In this document: positions 1 to 8,601 of the stretch, in pieces
Layout of the letters: each line of letters starts with the position of its first letter
Numbering within the stretch: the stretch's first letter is position 1
Assembly: GCA_004195045.1 (NCBI GenBank)
Contig: SGBC01000004.1
Coordinates: forward strand, 28,631 to 92,630
From: Candidatus Acididesulfobacter guangdongensis
GTDB taxonomy: Bacteria; SZUA-79; Acidulodesulfobacterales; Acidulodesulfobacteraceae
DNA: 64,000 nt
Direction of reading: 5' to 3'
The notes under the pieces: generated by a model
The model's database searches: none
Told to the model about the DNA's origin: nothing
What the model saw: the letters and a program-made list of their open reading frames with translations, nothing else
Position numbers and translations under genes: made by a program

Positions 1-1037
1 TCAGTCATAGCAGCGGTTATAGCTATGATATTTTCATTATTTTTAGCTAATTTAACCAAAAAATTGCTCGCAACCTCCCCAAGCGTTATATTTCCGGTTT
101 TTTTGAGCATTATTCCCGTATTTTTATCAAATGCCGAAATACCGTGAAATAATGACGGGTTTTTTTCGGAAGGTCCATAACCTTTGCCTTTCTGGGTAAC
201 TATATGAAGCAGAATAGGTTTTTTTATTTTTTTAATATTTTCAAATGCACTAAGCAAATATTCTATATTATGCCCATCTATTGGTCCTATATATGTAAAA
301 CCGAGTTCTTCAAATATAATTCCAGGACCAATCATGTTTTTAAACAATTCTTCAGTTTTAGAAGCCAGTTTTGCAAATTGTAAACCTAATAGAGGTATAG
401 ACTTTAAAAATTTTTCCGTTTCGTTTCTAAATTTTATGTAAATCTCTCCGGTTAAAATTTTATTAAGATAATTTGAAAAAGCCCCTACGCTTTTTGATAT
501 TGACATTTCATTGTCGTTAAGTATTACTATGATGTCTTTTTTCATTGCGCCGGCGTGATTAAGACCCTCTAGCGCCAGTCCGTTAGAAATTGAGGCATCG
601 CCTATTACGGCAATAATTCGTCCGTTGCCGTTTTTTTTTATTATATCATCGGCAACAGCCATTCCTAAGGCTGCAGATATAGAAGTGCCGGCATGACCCG
701 TTCCAAAAAAATCATATTTGCTTTCGTTTATGGACGGGAAACCTGATAAACCGCCTAACTTTCTAATAGAATGGAATTTATCACGTCTCCCTGTAAGCAG
801 TTTATATGCATAAGATTGATGCCCTACATCCCAGATAACTTTATCATTTTTTTCTATATCAAATGATTTTAATATAGCAATAGTCAGTTCAACTACGCCC
901 AGACTTGAAGCAAGATGTCCGCCGTTTGTCGAGCATACTGAAATAATTTCTTTGCGGAGCTCTTTGGCTAATAGGTTAAGGTCTTCAGAATTTATTTTTT
1001 TAATATCGTTAATGTCATTTATATTATCTAATATCAT
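1..1037 (-). CDS. dxs: 1-deoxy-D-xylulose-5-phosphate synthase, N-terminal ~345 codons (continues beyond the left edge)
   Basis: Hand translation of the minus strand from ATG at 1037: MILDNINDINDIKKINSEDLNLLAKELRKEIISVCSTNGGHLASSLGVVELTIAILKSFDIEKNDKVIWDVGHQSYAYKLLTGRRD..., typical of the DXS N-terminus. Lies in the classical xseB-ispA-dxs order. Absent from the ORF track because no stop falls inside the window. Confidence 0.85.
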   Translation of the reverse strand, partial: MILDNINDINDIKKINSEDLNLLAKELRKEIISVCSTNGGHLASSLGVVELTIAILKSFDIEKNDKVIWDVGHQSYAYKLLTGRRDKFHSIRKLGGLSGFPSINESKYDFFGTGHAGTSISAALGMAVADDIIKKNGNGRIIAVIGDASISNGLALEGLNHAGAMKKDIIVILNDNEMSISKSVGAFSNYLNKILTGEIYIKFRNETEKFLKSIPLLGLQFAKLASKTEELFKNMIGPGIIFEELGFTYIGPIDGHNIEYLLSAFENIKKIKKPILLHIVTQKGKGYGPSEKNPSLFHGISAFDKNTGIMLKKTGNITLGEVASNFLVKLAKNNENIIAITAAMT

Positions 1038-1089
1038 TTTTTTTATTTTCTTATAAGGTATTATTATATATTATACATATTATTAATTT

Positions 1090-2055
1090 TTAGTTTACCC
1101 GTTTTGTTAAATAATACGAAAAATCTTTCAGCAAATTAAAATTTATATTTGTTTTGTCAAGACAGGAAATCCCTTTTTCCGTATATTCCTCTACTAATTT
1201 TTTGGTTTCTTCAATGCCTATAATTGATGCGATATTTGATTTATTATTATTTTTATCAATCCCTACGGTCTTTCCTGTAATTTGACTGCTGCCTATTACA
1301 TCAAGTAAGTCGTCTAACGCTTGAAAGGCAAGTCCTAAATAAGTTCCGTAATTTTTCAGAGCTGCTACCAGAGCATCATCCGCTCCTCCAAGGATTCCGC
1401 CCATAGCGCAGGCGGCTTTTATAAGGGCTGCAGTTTTTTTATCGTGTATTTCCGTCAGTATGCTGTTATCGATTGGAATACCTGAATTTGTTATGTCTAG
1501 AAACTGTCCTCCCACTAAACCTCCTGCGCCTGATAAAAAAGACAGTTCCTGAATTATTTTCAATATAGTATCGCATTTAAAATATTTTATATATTCGTTG
1601 TCGGAAATAATTATAAAAGCTTCCGAAAGCAATGCGTCTCCTGCAAGAATTGCTGCAGCTTCGCCAAAAACTATATGGTTTGTGGGTTTTCCCCTTCTTA
1701 AATTATCGTTGTCCATTGCAGGCAAATCGTCGTGTATAAGAGAATATGAATGTATAAGTTCTATTGAGCATGCAAACGGAAGCAATTGAGCTTTATTTTT
1801 AAAACCCAAGCATTCTGCGGTTATAAGCAAAAAAATAGGACGAATTCTCTTGCCTCCTAAGGAGACGGTATAATACATCGCATCGTTTATTGAAAAATCG
1901 GTAGAGATTTTTTTATCATTTCCAGAAATTTTGGCTAAGCTATTTTTTTTTGATAAATAGCTGCTGTCATTATTATAATTTTTCTGAAAATACGCATATA
2001 AGAAATTATTAATAATTTCTTTGTTTTGTTCTATGTAATCTTCTATTAAATACAT
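1090..2055 (-). CDS. ispA: (2E,6E)-farnesyl/geranyl diphosphate synthase (polyprenyl synthetase family)
   Basis: 321-aa ORF with both Asp-rich motifs (LIHDDLPAMDNDNLRRGKPT and ALDDLLD). Located between xseB and dxs. Confidence 0.85.
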   Translation of the reverse strand: MYLIEDYIEQNKEIINNFLYAYFQKNYNNDSSYLSKKNSLAKISGNDKKISTDFSINDAMYYTVSLGGKRIRPIFLLITAECLGFKNKAQLLPFACSIELIHSYSLIHDDLPAMDNDNLRRGKPTNHIVFGEAAAILAGDALLSEAFIIISDNEYIKYFKCDTILKIIQELSFLSGAGGLVGGQFLDITNSGIPIDNSILTEIHDKKTAALIKAACAMGGILGGADDALVAALKNYGTYLGLAFQALDDLLDVIGSSQITGKTVGIDKNNNKSNIASIIGIEETKKLVEEYTEKGISCLDKTNINFNLLKDFSYYLTKRVN

Positions 2056-2167
2056 ATAAAGTTAAATTTTAATTTTAAGTTTAAGATTTAGTTTGCAAAA
2101 CTCATTATTATTAATTATTATTAACTGCAACGCTGCCTGTAATAGTTTTTGCATTTTTAGACCTTTG

Positions 2168-2218
2168 TCAGACTTCTTTGAGTATCAGACTTCTTTGAGT
2201 ATCAGACTTCTTTAGTGT
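2168..2218. repeat. 17-bp tandem repeat x3 (TCAGACTTCTTTGAGTA, third copy diverged) that includes the xseB stop codon
   Basis: Copies at 2168-2184, 2185-2201 and 2202-2218. The third copy is the last 5 codons plus stop of xseB on the minus strand. Confidence 0.9.
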
Positions 2219-2492
2219 TGTCATTATCAGCTATATTTTCTACCGTATCTATATTGTCTAAAGGTTTTGTTTTTATGCCGCCATTTTTATCGGACATTAA
2301 TTCTTCAACTTTTTTTTCGGCAGCATCTAATTTATTAATACAATATTTAGAATATATAACCCCTTCCTCGTAAATTTTAAGCGATTCCTCAAGACCCAAA
2401 TCGCCTTTTTCAAGATTAGCAACATTTTCTTCGAGTTTTTTCAAAGCTTCTTCAAAGCTTAATTTGTTTAAATCTTTAATGTTTATATTCAT
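2202..2492 (-). CDS. xseB: exodeoxyribonuclease VII small subunit
   Basis: 96-aa helical protein. LSFEEALKKLEENVANLEKGDLGLEESLKIYEEG matches the XseB family pattern. First gene of the xseB-ispA-dxs order. Confidence 0.85.
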   Translation of the reverse strand: MNINIKDLNKLSFEEALKKLEENVANLEKGDLGLEESLKIYEEGVIYSKYCINKLDAAEKKVEELMSDKNGGIKTKPLDNIDTVENIADNDNTKEV

Positions 2493-2540
2493 AATTCTTT
2501 AATTATAATCTATTATTTATTAAATTAAAAGCGGGAAATT

Positions 2541-2650
2541 ATACCTTAATCCTGCAATAGAAAATATTTATGCATTTCTTTGCTCGGTTAAGCAACGGAA
2601 AAGGTGTCAGACACCTTTTCCTGGTAGATAACTTTCTATTGCAGGATTAA
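2541..2650. repeat. nested-hairpin repeat element; its left 55 bp recur exactly at 25266-25320
   Basis: Outer 18-bp inverted repeat TTAATCCTGCAATAGAAA (2546-2563) / TTTCTATTGCAGGATTAA (2633-2650). Inner hairpins TTGCT-cggtta-AGCAA (2580-2595) and GGAAAAGGTGT-cag-ACACCTTTTCC (2597-2621). Confidence 0.85.
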
Positions 2651-2870
2651 AATTGTAATTTTAAATTTTCATATAAACTGCACTGACGCAATTAAAAGCA
2701 GTGAATCACAATTTCATATTTATCGTATAATGCAAATTTATAAACAGACTGTATATAAAAAAGACAAAAATTAAATAATAATTTATTGCATAAAATTTTA
2801 GATGTAATATAATATATATAAAAATATAATAAATAATAATTAACTATATAATAAATATACAATTTATTTA

Positions 2871-2899
2871 TTGACTATTTGTGTATTTATGTATAAATT
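2871..2899 (+). promoter_or_regulatory. candidate sigma-70 promoter for the 2942 ORF/DUF4388/aroE unit
   Basis: TTGACT (2871-2876), 17 nt, TAAATT (2894-2899). A TATAAT lies 6 nt further downstream. Confidence 0.4.
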
Positions 2900-2941
2900 A
2901 TAATAAATAATTTAACGTTATGTCATTGGAGGATTTAAGAG

Positions 2942-3274
2942 GTGGGATCATTAACTTTATTAAATTTTAAAAATCTGTTTTACATTTTTATATTATTTGG
3001 GGCTTTAATAATGCTTATCAATATGGTTATAGCTTCTTCTCTTAAAAAAAGGATTCCAGGAGGTTTTGTAGGAAAATGGCTTGCTATTATGTTCGTCTTT
3101 ATGCTGTTTTTTTTCATAGCCGAAGCCGGAAGTTTCTTTTTTATTTCATATTTGACCAATATGGATCTGGCATATTTTCTTATTTCTTTAGTTCTATTTT
3201 TCGGTTCTATATTTGTAGCTATAGTTAACAGATTTATTTTTCACTTAATTAAAGAATTAGAGGTTCGAAAATAA
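2942..3274 (+). CDS. small hypothetical membrane protein (about 3 predicted TM helices)
   Basis: 110-aa ORF with a GTG start 8 nt after GGAGG (2929-2933). Three long hydrophobic stretches. Stop lies 4 nt before the next ORF. No family recognised. Confidence 0.5.
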   Translation: MGSLTLLNFKNLFYIFILFGALIMLINMVIASSLKKRIPGGFVGKWLAIMFVFMLFFFIAEAGSFFFISYLTNMDLAYFLISLVLFFGSIFVAIVNRFIFHLIKELEVRK

Positions 3275-3278
3275 TATT

Positions 3279-4223
3279 ATGGATGTTAAAGGAAATATAA
3301 CAAATCTAGAACTCTTTGATGTATTAAAATTTTTAGATATATCAAAAAAGACCGGTGTTTTAAATCTTCGTTTTGATAATTTTGCGGCTAAACTTTTCCT
3401 GAAAGACGGCTTGTTAAATTTTCTGTCTATTTCGGAAAATTCTATTCTTGAAAAATTTATAATGAAATATTTGGATATCAGTAAAGAAGATTATTTTCAA
3501 ATGCTTGAAAAGTACAGAACTTATTATAAAACTACGGCAGGATTTGACATATATTTTTTTAAACTTGGCGTTGTTCCGAAAGATAAAGAAAATGATTTTA
3601 TTTCTAACTATATACTTGAAACCATAAACTATATTCTGTTTTTATCTAACGGCGAATTTTCTTTTGACGAGAAGCCTCTTCCGGAAGTTATAAATTTCGC
3701 ATCTCCTATCAATCTTCTTCCGGTTCTGGTAGAAACAAAAAAAAGAAGGGACGAACTCGCCGTAATTTCTAAAGTTATACCTTCAAAGCAATATGTTCCT
3801 TCCGTTGTTACAAACAGGACCGGAAATTCAAGACCGTTAAGTCTTTCGCCTGCAATATGGAATGTTTTATCCCTTATTGACGGAAAAAGAACGGTTAATC
3901 AGATTATTGCTCTTTCCATTGAGAATGATTTTTTTATTATAAAAACATTATATAATCTTCTGCAAAGCGGATATATTCGCCTTGAGCCGCCTCAGAGCGC
4001 TAAGGCTGCCAATGTTGACATTGTAGATTCTATTAAAAAAATATTAAATGAACAATTAGGAAAAAAAGCAGATAAAATTCCTGTAGATTTCAGTCATGTC
4101 AGCACCGACAAGCAGTCTCTCACTAAACTTGTTAATGAAATAGAAAGATATGTGTACATGTTTATTGACGATAAAAAAGCGGCTAAAATAGATTATCTTC
4201 TCAAGCAGCTGCTGACGGTCTAA
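3279..4223 (+). CDS. DUF4388-like domain protein (function unknown)
   Basis: The N-terminus GNITNLELFDVLKFLDISKKTGVLNLRF resembles the DUF4388 signature seen in delta-proteobacterial signalling proteins. The rest is unassigned. Confidence 0.55.
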   Translation: MDVKGNITNLELFDVLKFLDISKKTGVLNLRFDNFAAKLFLKDGLLNFLSISENSILEKFIMKYLDISKEDYFQMLEKYRTYYKTTAGFDIYFFKLGVVPKDKENDFISNYILETINYILFLSNGEFSFDEKPLPEVINFASPINLLPVLVETKKRRDELAVISKVIPSKQYVPSVVTNRTGNSRPLSLSPAIWNVLSLIDGKRTVNQIIALSIENDFFIIKTLYNLLQSGYIRLEPPQSAKAANVDIVDSIKKILNEQLGKKADKIPVDFSHVSTDKQSLTKLVNEIERYVYMFIDDKKAAKIDYLLKQLLTV

Positions 4224-4228
4224 ATTTT

Positions 4229-5122
4229 ATGGATGTTATTATTTCCGAAAATCTTAAAGATAAATATGTCTGTCCTTTAGTTTTAGGCATATTCGGACAC
4301 AATATATCTTATTCCGTTTCTCCTCTCATTCATAATAAACTGGGGAATATTTTAAAATTAAATCTTTGCTATAAAAAATTTGATATCGGTCCTGATTGCT
4401 TTACGGAGGCATTTAACGGCTTCAAGACTCTTAAATTGGACGGCGCCAATATTACAAAACCTTATAAAATAGAGGTTGTAAAATATTTAGATAAATTGAG
4501 TCGGGAAGCAGAAATGATAGGAGCCGTAAATACCGTAAAATTGGAGAATAATATTTATAAGGGTTATAATACCGATAGCTGCGGTTTTATAAAAAGCGTT
4601 AAATATGAATTCAATTTTAATATAAATAATGCAAAAATTGTAATTATCGGAGCCGGCGGCGCTGCGAAAGCTGTTTTATATTCCGTGCTGAAAGAAGGTG
4701 CTTCAAACATATATGTAATAAACAGAAACCAAGAAAAAGCAGCTCAATTAGTTGAAACGGCGGCTAAATGGAGTGAATATAATAATTGGCTCAATATTCA
4801 ATCGTTATCGTATTCCGATTTTCTTTCCGGTAAAATTAAAGACGCCTTTTATGACTGCAATTTAATTATAAATACCGCGACCCCGTCTGAAGAATCAGCC
4901 GGAACAATATTGTCGCTGCCTTTCAGTAAATTAAACAAAAATGCCTATGCGATAGATATTTCATACAATCCTCCTGAAACCCCGTTTATGTCAATTATGA
5001 AAGAAAATAAAATTAAAACCGCAAATGGATTTTCAATGCTTATTTTTCAAGCCATCGAGAGTTTTTATATATGGACGGGCAAAAAACCTGCTTTTGATTT
5101 TACCGTTAATGCTGTAAAATAA
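4229..5122 (+). CDS. aroE: shikimate dehydrogenase
   Basis: GIFGHNISYSVSPLIHN substrate motif, NTD, and the Rossmann motif IIGAGGAAKAV. Confidence 0.85.
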   Translation: MDVIISENLKDKYVCPLVLGIFGHNISYSVSPLIHNKLGNILKLNLCYKKFDIGPDCFTEAFNGFKTLKLDGANITKPYKIEVVKYLDKLSREAEMIGAVNTVKLENNIYKGYNTDSCGFIKSVKYEFNFNINNAKIVIIGAGGAAKAVLYSVLKEGASNIYVINRNQEKAAQLVETAAKWSEYNNWLNIQSLSYSDFLSGKIKDAFYDCNLIINTATPSEESAGTILSLPFSKLNKNAYAIDISYNPPETPFMSIMKENKIKTANGFSMLIFQAIESFYIWTGKKPAFDFTVNAVK

Positions 5123-5257
5123 AATTAAATAGAATTGCCGGCTAAATTAACTTTTTTTATGCCGATAAAATTTTTATACAACAGACTGCATAATATATGG
5201 TAATATTATAAATTAGCTTATAACTTAATAATATATTAATATTTTATTGTTATCATT

Positions 5258-7084
5258 ATGGAATCTCAAAAACTCGGCGAAATTTTAGTAAAACACGGCA
5301 GTGTAAAAAAAGACGATATAAATAATGCTTTATTAATACAGGAAAAGATAAGAAATGGAATAAAAAAAGGCCAACAATTACAGGATGCTAAACTTGGAGA
5401 AATACTTGTTAAGAATAATATTGTTACCGCAAATCAGTTAGAACTGGCGCTTGAAGAACAGGGAAAAACAGGAGGCAGTATCGGTAGGCAGCTTTCAAAG
5501 CTAGGTTTCGTTAAAGATTCCGAACTTGTTTCGTTTTTATCAAAAGAGTTCGGCGCGGCTACCGTTAATCTTCTTTCCTCGGCAATACCGTCCGATGTTA
5601 TCAAATTAATTCCGCCGGATACTGCGTTAAAATATCATGTGGTTCCGTATAAAAGACAGGGCAATACTTTATATCTGGCAGTTTCTGATCCTACAAAGGT
5701 CACTGTGCTTGAGGATATTAAATTTTATACCGGACTTAATGTTGAAGTGGTACTTGCGGCGGAATCAGAAATAAATCAGGCGCTATCGACCTATTATAAT
5801 GCTTCAAGTATTTTGACTGAGCATAAAGACTATATTGATTCTATTTCTATTGAGGACACTAACGAAGAAATTGATATTTCAGAATTACAAAGGTCTTCTT
5901 CCGAAAAACCTATAATCCAATTTGTTAATAAAGTTATATCAGATGGAATTAGAAGAGGCGCAAGCGATTTGCATTTTGAACCATATGAAAATAATATACG
6001 CGTGAGATTCAGAATAGACGGAAAACTTAATGAAATCATGACAGTTCCGGGACAGCTGAAAAATGCTATAAGTTCAAGAATTAAAATTATGTCTCAAATG
6101 GACATAGCCGAAAGAAGAATGCCTCAGGACGGCAGAATAAAAGTCAGGGTAGAAAGTAAAGAAGTTGATATAAGGGTATCGTGCCTTCCCATATTGTACG
6201 GAGAAAAGATAGTTATGAGAATATTAGATAAGTCTTCTCTTCAGCTTGATATGAAAAAATTAGGATTTTCCGATAATCAGCTTAATGATTTTCAAGATGC
6301 TATTCATAAACCATACGGGATGATTTTAGTTACGGGACCGACCGGTTCAGGAAAAACAACCACTCTTTATAGCGCTCTGAGCGATTTAAATAAAAAAACC
6401 GTTAATATTTCTACGGCGGAAGACCCTGTAGAATATAATATTTACGGTATTAATCAGGTACAGATTAATGAAGATATAGGTTTGACGTTTGCTCAGGCGC
6501 TGCGTTCTTTTTTAAGACAGGACCCTGATATAATAATGGTAGGTGAGATAAGAGATTTAGAAACTGCGGAAATCGCTATAAAGGCTGCTTTAACAGGTCA
6601 TTTAGTTCTTTCAACTATTCATACCAATAATGCTGCGTCTACGATTTCCCGATTGATCAATGTAGGCGTTGAACCGTTTCTTGTGGCATCAAGCCTTAAT
6701 CTCGTAATAGCGCAAAGACTCATAAGAAAATTATGCACAGAATGTAAAGAACCATATATACCCGATGACAGGATGCTTCAAGGTTTCGGCTTTGAAGACG
6801 GCATAATAAAACGTAACGTATTGTATAAAGCTAAAGGATGTTCTGCCTGTATGAACACGGGATATAAGGGCAGGATTGCAATATATGAAGTGCTTACGGT
6901 AACCGATGACATTAAAGATTTAATTTATAAGAATGCAAATGAATTTGAAATTGAAAATATAGCCGTTAAAAACCATGGAATGATTACTTTAAGCGAATCG
7001 GCAAAAGAAAAATTTATCTCGGGCATAACCTCTATGGAAGAAATATTGCAATATCTTAAAACAAGTAATAATATAATTATATGA
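5258..7084 (+). CDS. pilB: type IV pilus assembly ATPase PilB (GspE family)
   Basis: Walker A VTGPTGSGKTTT, Asp/His boxes, tetracysteine CTECKE...CSACMNTG, and N-terminal T2SSE_N/MshEN-like repeats (KLGEILVK... twice). Confidence 0.9.
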   Translation: MESQKLGEILVKHGSVKKDDINNALLIQEKIRNGIKKGQQLQDAKLGEILVKNNIVTANQLELALEEQGKTGGSIGRQLSKLGFVKDSELVSFLSKEFGAATVNLLSSAIPSDVIKLIPPDTALKYHVVPYKRQGNTLYLAVSDPTKVTVLEDIKFYTGLNVEVVLAAESEINQALSTYYNASSILTEHKDYIDSISIEDTNEEIDISELQRSSSEKPIIQFVNKVISDGIRRGASDLHFEPYENNIRVRFRIDGKLNEIMTVPGQLKNAISSRIKIMSQMDIAERRMPQDGRIKVRVESKEVDIRVSCLPILYGEKIVMRILDKSSLQLDMKKLGFSDNQLNDFQDAIHKPYGMILVTGPTGSGKTTTLYSALSDLNKKTVNISTAEDPVEYNIYGINQVQINEDIGLTFAQALRSFLRQDPDIIMVGEIRDLETAEIAIKAALTGHLVLSTIHTNNAASTISRLINVGVEPFLVASSLNLVIAQRLIRKLCTECKEPYIPDDRMLQGFGFEDGIIKRNVLYKAKGCSACMNTGYKGRIAIYEVLTVTDDIKDLIYKNANEFEIENIAVKNHGMITLSESAKEKFISGITSMEEILQYLKTSNNIII

Positions 7085-7262
7085 CATAATAATATAATAT
7101 GATAACATAATCGTATAATTGTATGATATGATAACATTTGATATTATTTATTTCATTTGAGATTTCTTATTAGTTTATTTGCTTGTACGAGTTGTACGGT
7201 ATGATACTATTTTATTTTAATTTAATTTTAAATTTTTTATTAATTTATTAAAGGATAAGAAA

Positions 7263-8480
7263 ATGTCATCAATAGCAGATTTATTAAAAACTACCGTAGA
7301 TATGGGCGCTTCAGATTTGCATATAGCGGCGGGTTCGCCTCCCGTAATAAGACTGAGAGGTTCTCTTGCTCCCCTTAATTTTCCGTCGTTATCTCCTTCC
7401 GATACTCAAGGTCTTTGCTATAGCGTCATAACGGACGCGCAGAAGAAAAGATTTGAGGAGACGCACGAACTTGATTTTTCATTTTCACAGAAAGGAGTAT
7501 CGCGTTTCAGAGGCAACCTATATTTTGACAGAGGGTCGATTGCAGGCGCATTCAGGGTTATTCCTCACGCTATACCTTCAATAGACGCTTTAGGTTTGCC
7601 TCCAATAATAAAAGAAATTATAAAATCTCCGAGAGGTCTAATATTAGTAACCGGTCCGACCGGTTCCGGCAAAACTACTTCTCTGGCAGCTATGATAGAT
7701 TCTATAAATGCAACGAGACACGAACATATCATTACTATTGAAGACCCTATAGAATATATTTTTCAGCATAAATCATGTTTGGTCAATCAGAGAGAAGTGG
7801 GTCAGGATTCGTATAGCTTTGTAGAAAGTTTAAGACATATTTTAAGGGAAGACCCAGATGTAGTTCTGATAGGCGAAATACGGGATATGGAAACAATGGA
7901 AGCGGCATTGACTATAGCTGAAACAGGACATTTAACTTTTGGGACCCTGCATACTAATTCTGCCGTGCAGACTATTTCCAGAATTATAGACATATTTCCA
8001 TCAGACCAGCAGTCGCAGGTCAGGTCGTCATTATCGCTATCCTTAGTGGGTGTTATGTCTCAAACCCTTATTCCTAAAATAGATAATCTTGGCAGAATTT
8101 TGGCTGCCGAAGTTATGATACCTAATGCCGCTATAAGAAATTTAATCAGAGAAAATAAAATTCATCAAATATATTCTCAACTTCAGCTCGGACAAGAAAA
8201 ATACGGTATGCAAACTTTGAATCAGGCGCTTGCTTCGTTGGTGAACAACAGAATAATAAGCGAAACGGAAGCATATTCGCGCTCTTCGGACGTGGATGAA
8301 TTAAAACAGAATATTAATTCCGGTTTGATATCTAAGGGCGGTTCCTTAAATAATAATATTTCTTCGAATGTCAATAATAACGCAGGAACAAAAGGAACGC
8401 AGCAGCAAAATCAAAACGGCAGTTCTTTTAACAAAACTAACGACGGATTGTTTTCCGGGATTGATTTTGACAAATTATAG
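7263..8480 (+). CDS. pilT: twitching-motility retraction ATPase PilT, with an Asn/Gln-rich C-terminal tail
   Basis: ASDLHI, VTGPTGSGKTTS, GHLTFGTLHTNSA and the AIRNLIRE motif. About 54 extra low-complexity residues at the C-terminus. Confidence 0.9.
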   Translation: MSSIADLLKTTVDMGASDLHIAAGSPPVIRLRGSLAPLNFPSLSPSDTQGLCYSVITDAQKKRFEETHELDFSFSQKGVSRFRGNLYFDRGSIAGAFRVIPHAIPSIDALGLPPIIKEIIKSPRGLILVTGPTGSGKTTSLAAMIDSINATRHEHIITIEDPIEYIFQHKSCLVNQREVGQDSYSFVESLRHILREDPDVVLIGEIRDMETMEAALTIAETGHLTFGTLHTNSAVQTISRIIDIFPSDQQSQVRSSLSLSLVGVMSQTLIPKIDNLGRILAAEVMIPNAAIRNLIRENKIHQIYSQLQLGQEKYGMQTLNQALASLVNNRIISETEAYSRSSDVDELKQNINSGLISKGGSLNNNISSNVNNNAGTKGTQQQNQNGSSFNKTNDGLFSGIDFDKL

Positions 8481-8601
8481 AGCAGTTGCATTTACGAATC
8501 ATCGGACAGGTGTCGATATTAATATTTGATTGATTATATAATTATAATATGTTATTATATAATATAAGTATATCATAAAATTATAAAGGGGTGGTAATTA
8601 T

